Part shown: positions 22,435-31,115 of the stretch, piece after piece | Layout of the letters: each line of letters starts with the position of its first letter | Position numbering within the stretch: the first letter of the stretch is position 1 | NCBI GenBank assembly: GCA_035388825.1 | Contig: DAOOQQ010000016.1 | Span: forward strand, 12,334 to 76,333 | Length of the DNA stretch: 64,000 bases | Origin: Candidatus Ozemobacteraceae bacterium | GTDB taxonomy: Bacteria > Muiribacteriota > Ozemobacteria > Ozemobacterales > Ozemobacteraceae | Direction of reading: 5' to 3' | Made by a program: the position numbers and the translations under genes | The notes under the pieces: generated by a model | The model's database searches: none | What the model saw: only the letters and a program-made list of their open reading frames with translations | What the model was told of the DNA's origin: nothing

Positions 22435-22479
22435 ACTCTCACTCCGAATCGTATATCTATATTTGTGGCTATATCCGAA

Positions 22480-23040
22480 TCATTCCGACATGCCGCCGAG
22501 GATGTTCTGCATTTCGGGGCTTTCGATCAGTTGTTTCATCTTCTCGTTTTTCATCAGGAACTCGTAATCGCCGCTCTGAATCGCCTTCATGATCTCTTCA
22601 TCCTGCATGACGTTCTGCATGTCCGGGGATTCCCCGAGCCCGGTGACCCCATCCAGAAACGAACCGTTCATGAGCATGGATTGCACCTGGGTGTTGACGT
22701 TCTTCTGCTGCTCGGCGAGGTTGTCGGATGCCGGAGCGGTGGATGAGGGCCGCGCGGACTGGCTCCGCTCCGGGGTGGGCCGCTTCGGCCCGTCCTCGCG
22801 AACCGGAGGGACTGGAACGGAAGCCGCGTCGGCGGTGGCGATGAGAGCGATCTGGTCGGCGGGGATGCGCAGTTCCCCGAGAGCGCCGGACCGGATGCGG
22901 TAGACCCCGTCTTTCATCTCGACGAGCTCCCCGCGCAGCACCGAGCGGTCTTTGAGGGTGAACTGCATCTGGGGGCCGGCCAGAAGCGGGGCGATGCCCA
23001 GCGCGCCCAGAATCAGGGCGGAGAAGAGGCGGGTGTTCAT
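22480..23040 (-). CDS. Secreted hypothetical protein (signal peptide, Met/Gln-rich C-terminus)
   Basis: MNTRLFSALILGALGIAPLLA signal peptide. Confidence 0.5.
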   Translation of the reverse strand: MNTRLFSALILGALGIAPLLAGPQMQFTLKDRSVLRGELVEMKDGVYRIRSGALGELRIPADQIALIATADAASVPVPPVREDGPKRPTPERSQSARPSSTAPASDNLAEQQKNVNTQVQSMLMNGSFLDGVTGLGESPDMQNVMQDEEIMKAIQSGDYEFLMKNEKMKQLIESPEMQNILGGMSE

Positions 23041-23241
23041 GGGGCACCTCCATTGCTGCCCGTCCGGACAGGCATTTCGGTCATTCTACCCCGCGGCAGA
23101 ACGTCCGTCAACGCAGTCGGAAAGAAACGGCATCGATATATTTGATCAGATGTTCCATGCATCCGGGCTATCCGCGATCCTCTGCGGATCGGCGTCCTGG
23201 GCCAGGAGACGAAGCGGGGCAAAAAGATTCTGTCGGGGGAT

Positions 23242-23270
23242 ATTGACCTCGTCCGTCCCCTTCCCTATAA
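23242..23270 (+). promoter_or_regulatory. Near-consensus sigma-70 promoter for dfx (TTGACC, 17-bp spacer, TATAAT)
   Basis: Exact hexamers and 17-bp spacer seen in the sequence, about 45 nt upstream of the dfx ATG. Confidence 0.6.
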
Positions 23271-23318
23271 TGGCGCGTGACCCGGGCACCACATCATCAT
23301 GATCGAGAGGAGTTCTTC

Positions 23319-23699
23319 ATGATTCAGCGAAATGAGCTGTACAAGTGCGCTCACTGCGGGAACATCGTCGAGGTTGCCCATGCCGGCGGCCCCGTCGTGG
23401 TCTGCTGCGGCGAGCCGATGACGAAGCTGGTCGAGAACACCGTCGACGCGTCGAAGGAGAAGCACGTTCCGGTGATCGAGCGCCAGAACGGCGGCATCCT
23501 GGTCAAGGTCGGCAGCGTCGCCCACCCCATGGAAGAGAAGCATTACATCGAGATGATCCAGCTGATCGTCGACAACAAGGTCTGCACCCAGTATCTGAAG
23601 CCGGGCGACAAGCCCGAGGCGTTCTTCCCCGTGACCGCCGCGAAGGTGACCGTGCGCGAGTATTGCAACCTGCACGGCCTCTGGAAGAGCGAAGGCTGA
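23319..23699 (+). CDS. dfx: Desulfoferrodoxin (2Fe superoxide reductase)
   Basis: N-terminal desulforedoxin CxxC…CC motif (CAHCGN…VVCCGEPM), then the SOR domain. GAGAGGAG RBS. Confidence 0.9.
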   Translation: MIQRNELYKCAHCGNIVEVAHAGGPVVVCCGEPMTKLVENTVDASKEKHVPVIERQNGGILVKVGSVAHPMEEKHYIEMIQLIVDNKVCTQYLKPGDKPEAFFPVTAAKVTVREYCNLHGLWKSEG

Positions 23700-23867
23700 C
23701 CGGCAGCGTTCTCCACCGGGATTCAAGACAGGGTATCGTCACAAATCCGGAGGGAGGACGCGTATGCGCGACGTCATTTAGACAGCCGCGGGGGCGGCTG
23801 GCCTTGCGGTCTGCCGCCCCCGCCATACAGATCGAACGAAGCGTGCGTCCCTGATCCGGTTGTTCCG

Positions 23868-25028
23868 TCAGTAGCGCCGGCCCCGACGAGAGGGCCGGCG
23901 TTTTTCTTTGGCGTCGGCCTGGGATCCCGTTTCGGCGACCGGGAACGCGAGCTGGACCGCGTTCGAGCGGCCCGAGGGATCCGACCCCGAGACGGCGAGC
24001 GAGCCTCCCGAGGGAAGGCCGTCGTCGCGGAGGATGAGGCCGGACATCTGGAACGCCAGCTTCCAGGGCCGCCCCCAGGCATCGCGGCCTTCGACCGTGA
24101 GCGCGCCGTCGATCGGGCCGCCGGCGGTCATCGCGCCGCGGACCGAGACGCCGCTGCGTCCCCGGGCGGTGAAGTTCAGGTCGGCGTGGACATGGCCGGC
24201 AACGGGCAGGATGCGGCCGTCGAGGCGGGTTTGGAACGCGCCGAACTTGCGGTATTCCCAGGCTCCGTAGGACCGGTCGCGGACGACCGTTTCGTCGGCA
24301 CGCGCCTCGAATCGGGGCATGACGGGGAAGGCGGCGAGACCGAGCAGCTTGGCGCCGGTGCGGCCGTTGTCGAGGATCCGGGTGAGCGCCTCGTTGCTGC
24401 GGGGATCATCAGCCAGGCTGCGCAGGGCCGCGAAGCCGCGGGTGAGTTTCCGGACGATCCCGGTCTGGTCGGGCGTCAGCGTCTGCGCCGCGGCGGCCGG
24501 AGCGGCCGTTCCGGGGGTTGCAGACACCGCGAAGGGCATCGGCGGCATTGACGGGGTAGGCGCAAAGCCGCCTGTAATCGCAGGCGGCGGGGGCGGCGGC
24601 GGAAGGGGCATGCCGGAGGCGGGCTCCGGGGCCATGGCCGGGGGCTGCGCGGCGGCATCGGCAGGCGGCAGGGAGGCGACCGGCGAAACGGGGGGCGGCA
24701 TGAAGGCCGTGGCCGGCGGCTGGAAGCTGACCGGACTGGGCGGCATCGACGGCGGCGTGGGGCCGGCCTCGGCGGGGGGTGCGGCGACTCCCGGCAGGGT
24801 CGAGACAGGGGGCAGGGCCCCCGAAACCGGTGCCGGCGGCAGGGCGGCCGGGATCGGTTCGTTGCTCAGCAGCGGGGCATCGGAACTTCCCGACGCCGGC
24901 AGGGCGATCGAGGGCGGCGGCGGCGGCAGAAACGCCGGCTGCTCGCCCGTAACGCCGGTCTGCGCCTGGAGCACGGCCGGAACGAACAGGCCGCACAGCG
25001 TGATGACGCACCAGGTGGTTCTTCTCAT
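23868..25028 (-). CDS. Proline-rich secreted hypothetical protein
   Basis: Signal peptide MRRTTWCVITLCGLFVPAVLQA. A long PPPP/AP-rich low-complexity region, then a C-terminal globular domain. Confidence 0.5.
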   Translation of the reverse strand: MRRTTWCVITLCGLFVPAVLQAQTGVTGEQPAFLPPPPPSIALPASGSSDAPLLSNEPIPAALPPAPVSGALPPVSTLPGVAAPPAEAGPTPPSMPPSPVSFQPPATAFMPPPVSPVASLPPADAAAQPPAMAPEPASGMPLPPPPPPPAITGGFAPTPSMPPMPFAVSATPGTAAPAAAAQTLTPDQTGIVRKLTRGFAALRSLADDPRSNEALTRILDNGRTGAKLLGLAAFPVMPRFEARADETVVRDRSYGAWEYRKFGAFQTRLDGRILPVAGHVHADLNFTARGRSGVSVRGAMTAGGPIDGALTVEGRDAWGRPWKLAFQMSGLILRDDGLPSGGSLAVSGSDPSGRSNAVQLAFPVAETGSQADAKEKRRPSRRGRRY

Positions 25029-25180
25029 CTGATTCCCCTTCTCGGATGAATGCTGTCACAGGACGCCTTCAGCATACCCGCCGCCGCCCCCGAAGGCAAC
25101 CAGCACATCCCCGTCGGCCGATTTTGTCGAAAAAGGGCTTGAAACTCACCCCCGCCTGCGGTATACTGACAAGCGTCCCT

Positions 25181-25253
25181 GGGGCTGTAGCTCAGCTGGG
25201 AGAGCGCTACATTCGCATTGTAGAGGCCGTCGGTTCGATCCCGATCAGCTCCA
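25181..25253 (+). tRNA. tRNA-Ala (anticodon CGC)
   Basis: Cloverleaf folded by hand. Acceptor stem GGGGCTG/CAGCTCC has the G3:U70 Ala identity pair. D-arm is GCTCAGCTGGGAGAGC. Anticodon loop TTCGCAT. T-arm GGTTCGATCC. No encoded CCA. Confidence 0.85.
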
Positions 25254-25291
25254 CTGAAGGGCAATCCACGATTGCCCACAATTATCCGAGA

Positions 25292-25317
25292 AACCCGCTG
25301 ATAAAGCGGGTTTTTTG
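25292..25317 (+). terminator. Rho-independent terminator (CCCGCT-gataa-AGCGGG plus T6) after the tRNA
   Basis: Hairpin plus U-tract seen in the sequence. Confidence 0.7.
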
Positions 25318-25419
25318 CTTTTAACCGTCCCTAATCGTCCCGTATCGTTTTTGTAAATCCGGGGGTATCTGGGGGTATTGTTGGGGGTATCGACGTATAT
25401 TCGAAGGAGCGATACCCCC

Positions 25420-26643
25420 ATGCTGACCGACCTCGCCATCCGCAAGCTCAAGGCGCCTGATAAAGCCACGAAGATCTACTTTGAAAAGGGCCTCCTCCTC
25501 CTCCATACCCCTAACGGGTCAAAACTGTGGAGGTTCAAGTATCGATACGACGGCAAAGAGAAGCTTCTGGCACTCGGCGCGTATCCTGACGTCACCCTGA
25601 AAGAAGCTGTTGAGCGGCGTGACGCCGCACGCAAACTGCTTTCCTCGGGTATCGACCCGAATGAGCACAGGAAGAGCGACAAAACGACAAAGGCCAGGAA
25701 CGCGGCAAACACGTTCGAGGCTGTCGCGCGCGAGTGGTTCGGCAGGCTTGCGCCGACCTGGGCGGAAAGTCATTCGCGAAGGGTCATGCAGTTATTCGAA
25801 CGAGATATTTTCCCCTGGCTGGGCTCTCGTCCGATCGCCGACCTCGCAACACAGCCCGACGAAATACTCCGAGTTCTTCGGCGTATCGAGGAACGCGGCG
25901 CAGTGGAGACCGCCCACAGGGCGCGGTCGATTTGCGGCGAGGTTTTTCTGTATGCCATTCCGGATCGCGCCCACCGAAATCCGTGCGACGACCTTCGGAA
26001 AAAAATCCAGCCGTCGAAGAAATCGAATTTTGCCGCGATAACAGAACCAGAAAAAATCGGCGAGCTGCTTCGGATCATGGACGGGTATAACGGCGGACTG
26101 ATCGTCCGGAGCGCTCTTCTCCTGATGCCCCTCGTCTTCGTTCGCCCCGGCGAACTCCGGCAGGCCGAATGGAAGGACATCGACCTCGACACGGCGGAGT
26201 GGCGCTACCTCGTCACGAAGACGAAGACCCATCACATCGTGCCATTATGCCGCCAGGCCGTCGAAATTCTTCAGGAACTCCACCCGGTGACCGGCAGCGG
26301 TCGATACGTTTTCCCGAGCGCCCGGTCGGCTGATCGCCCCATGAGCAACAACGCCGTTCTTGCCGCGATGCGGAGCCTGGGGATCGAGAAGCACGAAATG
26401 TGCGCACACGGTTTTCGGGCGACGGCAAGAACGCTCCTCGACGAAGTCCTGCACTACTCTCTCGACATCATCGAACATCAACTCGCGCACAATGTTCGCG
26501 ATCCCCTCGGTCGGGCTTATAACAGAACGACCCACCTCCCAGAGCGCAAACGTATGATGCAGGAGTGGGGAGACTACCTTGATAATCTGAAAAGCGACAA
26601 CATCAAACGCACTTTCCCGAGTTTAGCTGTACACATGACATGA
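25420..26643 (+). CDS. int: Tyrosine-type site-specific integrase, P4-like (DUF4102 N-domain plus catalytic core)
   Basis: N-terminal LTDLAIRKLK…KLWRFKYR arm-binding pattern. C-terminal HGFRAT…HQLAH…Y catalytic residues. Lies directly downstream of the tRNA. Confidence 0.85.
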   Translation: MLTDLAIRKLKAPDKATKIYFEKGLLLLHTPNGSKLWRFKYRYDGKEKLLALGAYPDVTLKEAVERRDAARKLLSSGIDPNEHRKSDKTTKARNAANTFEAVAREWFGRLAPTWAESHSRRVMQLFERDIFPWLGSRPIADLATQPDEILRVLRRIEERGAVETAHRARSICGEVFLYAIPDRAHRNPCDDLRKKIQPSKKSNFAAITEPEKIGELLRIMDGYNGGLIVRSALLLMPLVFVRPGELRQAEWKDIDLDTAEWRYLVTKTKTHHIVPLCRQAVEILQELHPVTGSGRYVFPSARSADRPMSNNAVLAAMRSLGIEKHEMCAHGFRATARTLLDEVLHYSLDIIEHQLAHNVRDPLGRAYNRTTHLPERKRMMQEWGDYLDNLKSDNIKRTFPSLAVHMT

Positions 26644-28475
26644 ATTATTCTCGTAGATATTTTCAAGATTCAATAAGGTGAGAACTTCTTGATGATCTTT
26701 GTCGAACAAGTGAAGTATTCGATGCCACACCCCATCGATTCTGATCTGCGTGGCGCGAATCGCGTCGAAAAGAGTCAGAATCGAGTTCCAGGTAGGGGCA
26801 TCCGTTCGCTTGTGGCCAAGGTAGGCTACAGTCCCGCCTCGCTTGCGCAGGGACTTCCGAAGATCTCGCTGTATCAGAGCCCCTGTCAGCAGCGCCAGAA
26901 GGAAAATGAACCCCATCGCCTGAATTCGTTCAGGGGTCTTCAAAAAGATCGGCCCCATCGCCATCGGGCCTTTCAGCCAGTGAAACCCGATCTCCACCGT
27001 TTTCTGCTCTTTGTAGAGTGCCAGCATCTGAACGTCAGACATCTTGCGCCTGTCGGTGACGGTCGTCAGCAGAACGAAAAAACCATCAGGATCCAGTCCT
27101 TCTGCGGAGGTCGAACCTTGGCCCGATACATTCAATCGCACTCGCCAGATGGGCGTGGATTTGGCAGAAGCCCCCTTGGCGGGGCGGCCGGGCCTTCGTT
27201 TTTCCGGCTTTTCATCCTGAATGATATCGAAGCTCATCGAATGATACTGGGCCTTGGTGGCTTTCCATTCATGAGACACTATTTTCCTGGCATCGGCCTC
27301 GCAGGCGAACTCGCGTGCCTCCAGCTTCTGTGCCCACGTTTTCAACCGTTCTTCTTCCTTCTTTCTGGCATGAAGCCGGCCAGCCGCTTTTTGTTTCGAC
27401 AGTTGAGAAGAGTAGACGGCCATCACCCGAAGCCACACCGAGCGGCCGGGCTTCCCCGGTTCCTCGATCAGCACGGGAATGTCCCAGCTTGCTCCACGAT
27501 ACTCCTCGCCCTCCTCGGTAGCTCCCAGGACGGGAAGATCCTTTTGTTTGCAGGCATGATCAATGGCTTCGGCGCGAAGATTCCATGTCTCCGGAATCAA
27601 AGTCAGAATGGGCATCTTCAGATCGGCTGCCTGCGCCATGGTTGCAATGGAGCAGAGCTTGGAATCTCCGATCATGACGGCCTCATCGGAGCGCAGATCT
27701 TCAAGCATTCCCGCCAACTGGACCATCTGCTTCCGAAACAGCTCGGGTTCGGCGGCATTTCCATTTTCAAAGTTGCCAATGAGCGGAACACCTTCTTCGG
27801 ACATGACCAGCCCCCAGACAAGCTGCAGCAAGTCTGGCCGATGATCCTTGCTGAAACCTCGTGCCGGAACTGGTGGCTGGGGCAGACCGGACAGGGGAGA
27901 CTCGGAGCCCGGGTAGGCCCCGTGCAATACGATACTGGTGAAATCCGCATGGAAGCGCTTGATCTTCAAGCCAAAGGTCTTGATCGCTGCGAAAATAACA
28001 GCGGCGTAGAGCCGAGCCGTGTTCCCATACAGCGCATCAAGCGACCAGCCCAGCCGATTATCGGTGAACTGGTCGGCGGTAAGCCCTGGATGCCGAAGAA
28101 GACCGGCAAGATCGATATCCTTCAGACGGTCGTCGACCTGGTAGAGCCGATGTTCCCTCAAAAACATAGCCAGAAGCATCGCGATAACGCTTTCCCCGTG
28201 CGAAACATGAGCCTGACCCGCGACGGGAAGTGCCTGATCGACGGTGTCCTTGATGTGCAGACGATCGAAGTAGGACATCAGCAGGGGAATCGCCCCGAGA
28301 TACTCCTGACGAGTTTCAGGGACCTGGGTGTTCGAAGCCATAGCCGCCTCCGCAGGATGGTGATGAAACCAGCCTACGGCAGAATCTCGGTTCGTACAAG
28401 TCCCTCTGAAAGCAGGATCAGAAGCCATCAAGAAAAATATCTCTCCTCAAAATCGGTACGTCGGGAAAGTGCGAT
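26605..28475 (-). mobile_element. IS1634-family (IS4 superfamily) insertion sequence, approximate boundaries
   Basis: Transposase ORF flanked by imperfect terminal inverted repeats CGCACTTTCCCGA (about 26605) and TCGGGAAAGTGCG (about 28463). The left end lies inside the 3' end of the integrase gene. Confidence 0.55.
26623..28341 (-). CDS. IS1634-family DDE transposase
   Basis: IS4/IS1634-type DDE region over its full length. GGAGG RBS before the ATG at 28341. Confidence 0.75.
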   Translation of the reverse strand: MASNTQVPETRQEYLGAIPLLMSYFDRLHIKDTVDQALPVAGQAHVSHGESVIAMLLAMFLREHRLYQVDDRLKDIDLAGLLRHPGLTADQFTDNRLGWSLDALYGNTARLYAAVIFAAIKTFGLKIKRFHADFTSIVLHGAYPGSESPLSGLPQPPVPARGFSKDHRPDLLQLVWGLVMSEEGVPLIGNFENGNAAEPELFRKQMVQLAGMLEDLRSDEAVMIGDSKLCSIATMAQAADLKMPILTLIPETWNLRAEAIDHACKQKDLPVLGATEEGEEYRGASWDIPVLIEEPGKPGRSVWLRVMAVYSSQLSKQKAAGRLHARKKEEERLKTWAQKLEAREFACEADARKIVSHEWKATKAQYHSMSFDIIQDEKPEKRRPGRPAKGASAKSTPIWRVRLNVSGQGSTSAEGLDPDGFFVLLTTVTDRRKMSDVQMLALYKEQKTVEIGFHWLKGPMAMGPIFLKTPERIQAMGFIFLLALLTGALIQRDLRKSLRKRGGTVAYLGHKRTDAPTWNSILTLFDAIRATQIRIDGVWHRILHLFDKDHQEVLTLLNLENIYENNSCHVYS

Positions 28476-29018
28476 CAAACTCGGTGTTGCTTAATAATTC
28501 AACCTAATGCCAAGCAAATACCGCCATCACTTTCATATTTTTTTAGTGCGTTCGCTATAAATTTTGAATAGACAGGACAAATGAATATTTCATATTAATA
28601 TTTTTTAAAGCCATGCGCCGTAATTTTTCAATAACTACGTCATATGCTTGGTAGCATATTATATTTGTATGAGGCTACAGTGCATTTTTTACGGCGCATC
28701 GCCGAAATTTTTATTCTAAATATTTTGTTTGACATACATATACCCAATCCGTTATACTGCGTTCGTTCCTGGACGAACTTTCATCTCTAACAGACCAGGA
28801 GCCCCCAAAAAAATGTCATGTGACGCCAGGTCGGGATTCACCTGGCCCGCCCCCTCGTTTTTGCTACCAACCACTAGCTGACACAGTCGTAACGAGCCCG
28901 CCAAAGCAGCGCCGATAACCCCCGGCAGTTTGGCGGGCTTCCTATCTTCCCCGCATGTGAATGGCGCTGAAAACGCGCCCTTGTTTTCATGGAACCTTTT
29001 CGTTCAAGGAGCAGCAGT

Positions 29019-29228
29019 ATGGAACCAACAAAACCCTGTTTCTATCGAGTATCAGACATTGTCGGCGACCCTAAAAACGGCATCCCTGGGCTTATCCCAA
29101 TCGGACGAAGCACGTGGTGGGCATGGGTAAAGCAAGGGCGCGTTAAGAAGCCAATCAAGTGGGGTCCTCGGACTTCCGCCTGGGAAGCCGAATACATCCA
29201 CACCCTGATCGAATCTTTGAAAGGATAA
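29019..29228 (+). CDS. alpA: AlpA-family phage/island transcriptional regulator (excisionase-like HTH)
   Basis: IGRSTWWAWVKQGRVKKPIKWGPRTSAW matches the AlpA signature closely. Confidence 0.8.
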   Translation: MEPTKPCFYRVSDIVGDPKNGIPGLIPIGRSTWWAWVKQGRVKKPIKWGPRTSAWEAEYIHTLIESLKG

Positions 29229-29293
29229 TATCAAATAATGGCAAGAATACTAAATAAAAAAAAGGCCGCCGAAGCGGCCCAAGAAAAATCTGG

Positions 29294-29567
29294 TTATGCA
29301 ACCTTTTTTCTGTAAATTTCCTCTTCCGGTGTAAGTGAATGAATCGTCTCGACATCCAAATAGTGAGGACTATTTATCCAATCCTCGTGCGTTTCGATCA
29401 GAAGAGCTGCTATCAGCCTGATTGCCGACTCTTCGTTTGGAAATATCGAGACGACCCGCGTTCGTCTTCTGAGTTCACGGTTGAAGCGTTCGACGACGTT
29501 CGACGTTCGAAGCCGCTTCCAAAGCTTTCGGGGAAACGAAAAATACGTCAGGGCCTGGTCGATGTTG
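29294..29567 (-). pseudogene. IS256-family transposase C-terminal fragment
   Basis: …TSNVVERFNRELRRRTRVVSIFPNEESAIRLIAALLIETHEDW… matches the IS256 transposase C-terminus. Truncated by the IS3 element inserted at 29568. Confidence 0.7.
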
Positions 29568-29627
29568 TGAAGTGGACCCGGTTTGGTGGACACTTTTTCG
29601 CTTATGATTGAGAAGGAGGTGTCCCCC

Positions 29628-29942
29628 ATGCCCAAGACTCGCCCCCCATATCCACCGGAATTCCGCCAGCAGCTCGTAGACCTCGTTCTGGCCGGTCGGA
29701 GTCCAGAAGACCTGGCCAAGGAGTTCGAACCGTCGGCGGTGACGATTCGTAACTGGGTCGTCCAAGCCAAACGCGACGGAGCAAAGTCGCCATCGGGTCT
29801 GAGTTTGTCCGAGCGCGATGAGCTGACCCGGCTGCGACGTGAAAACAAGCGACTTCGCGTTGAACGAGATATCTTGTCAAAAGCAGCTGCCTGGTTCGCT
29901 CGGGAGACGAATTCGATCCCCGACAAATCTTCGAATTCGTAA
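29628..29942 (+). CDS. IS3-family transposase OrfA (HTH)
   Basis: PEFRQQLVDLV…leucine-zipper region typical of IS3 OrfA. GGAGG RBS. Confidence 0.8.
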   Translation: MPKTRPPYPPEFRQQLVDLVLAGRSPEDLAKEFEPSAVTIRNWVVQAKRDGAKSPSGLSLSERDELTRLRRENKRLRVERDILSKAAAWFARETNSIPDKSSNS

Positions 29943-29956
29943 AGGCGCACCAGGAA

Positions 29957-30787
29957 ATGTATCCGATCGCTACCATGTGTCGCCTGCTGCGCGTCTCCAC
30001 CAGCGGCTACTATGCGTGGATCAATCGCCCGCCTTCCGCTCGCTCTTTGCGCGATCATGAACTGACTGCTCGCATTTGTAAGATTCACGAGGGCTCTCGC
30101 GAGACCTATGGCCGACTGCGAATCCATGCGGAATTGATGACTGAAGGGACACGCATTGGCGGAAAACGTGTTGCTCGGCTGATGCGAGAAGCCGGCATCC
30201 AGGGGGTTACTCGTCGCAAGGCGTGTCGAACGACGATTCGAGGGCGCGCTCCGCACATGATTCCCGATCTCGTCGATCGGAAGTTTGTTGCAGACGGTCC
30301 CAATCGCCTTTGGGTCGCAGACATCACCTACATCCCCACTTGGGCAGGTTTTCTCTTCCTGGCAGTCGTTCTCGACGCCTTCTCCAGGAAGATCATCGGC
30401 TGGGCGATGGAGGGCAACTTGCGCACTGAACTCGTGTTGCAAGCTTTGAACATGGCTCTTCACCAACGCAGACCAACGGAGGTCGTTCATCATTCCGATC
30501 AAGGCTGCCAATACACCTCAATCGCCTTCGGAAATCGTTGCAAGGAAGCGGGTGTCCGCCCTTCAACGGGATCGGTCGGTGATTGCTTCGACAATGCGAT
30601 GTGCGAGAGTTTCTTCGCAACACTGGAGTGCGAACTTCTCGTACGCCGCCGGTTCAAGACGCAATCCGAAGCACGAATGGCCGTCTTCGAATTCATCGAA
30701 GGCTGGTATAATCCCAGAAGACGGCATTCCGGTTTGGACTATTGCTCCCCCGTGGAATACGAAAGACGGCACACACAGGCTGCATGA
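29957..30787 (+). CDS. IS3-family transposase OrfB (DDE integrase core). Probably made as an OrfAB fusion by -1 frameshift.
   Basis: …KAHQEMYPIATMCRLL… and the DDE(35)E core …HHSDQGCQYTS…NAMCESFF…. Confidence 0.8.
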   Translation: MYPIATMCRLLRVSTSGYYAWINRPPSARSLRDHELTARICKIHEGSRETYGRLRIHAELMTEGTRIGGKRVARLMREAGIQGVTRRKACRTTIRGRAPHMIPDLVDRKFVADGPNRLWVADITYIPTWAGFLFLAVVLDAFSRKIIGWAMEGNLRTELVLQALNMALHQRRPTEVVHHSDQGCQYTSIAFGNRCKEAGVRPSTGSVGDCFDNAMCESFFATLECELLVRRRFKTQSEARMAVFEFIEGWYNPRRRHSGLDYCSPVEYERRHTQAA

Positions 30788-30905
30788 TGACGAAAGTCCC
30801 GAACCGTCCACTAAACCGGGTCCACTTCAGACCACTGGTAATGAGGGTTAGCCTGGCGTGCGGATCCAATGCTCTGACCATCGGCGTAACCACCGCCCAT
30901 GCCTG

Positions 30906-31115
30906 TCACGCCATCACATCCTTAACAAGCCCTGGAACTGCCTGCCTTGTGACGGAAGGCTCCAGGGCGTTCTTGAACAATCGTTCGAGAAAGCCCATGC
31001 TATCTCCTTCTTGCATCCCAAGTGGCAATCGGGGTCGATACGAATCGATCACCCGTTCCAAGGGAATCATTTCGAGAACGTCAGGCGGAAGAGAGGAATT
31101 TCCCAGGATTCGCAG
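30906..31115 (-). pseudogene. IS256-family transposase internal fragment
   Basis: …PLGMQEGDSMGFLERLFKNALE…PGLVKDV resembles the central region of IS256 Tpase (…GFMIQSGESEETWTTFFEYLKERGL…VISDAHKGL). Out of phase with fragment 29294-29567. Confidence 0.45.

Larger units (their letters stand above)
29568..30829 (+). mobile_element. IS3-family insertion sequence (about 1.26 kb) with 26-bp terminal inverted repeats TGAAGTGGACCCGGTTTRGTGGAC
   Basis: Left and right inverted repeats found by hand. Encodes OrfA and OrfB in the -1 frame arrangement. Confidence 0.75.

Noticed and set aside
20578-22746. Plus-strand ORFs 20578-21474 and 21481-22746 opposite the secreted-protein genes
   Set aside because: The minus-strand genes have signal peptides, sensible RBS and spacing. 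The plus-strand frames are Arg/Gly-rich shadows.
23150-23200. Short inverted repeat ATCCGC-N8-GCGGAT upstream of the dfx promoter as a possible PerR/Fur-type operator
   Set aside because: Only 6-bp arms with no match to a known box consensus that I can verify. Too weak to call.
25181-25256. Alternative identity of the tRNA (Arg or Val) given anticodon loop TTCGCAT
   Set aside because: G3:U70 in the acceptor stem and the GCTCAGCTGGGAGAGC D-arm are Ala identity elements. CGC is a valid Ala anticodon.
28430-28990. Possible CRISPR-like or tandem repeats in the AT-rich tract after the IS1634 element
   Set aside because: No regularly spaced direct repeats. Only one inverted-repeat pair and promoter-like AT runs.
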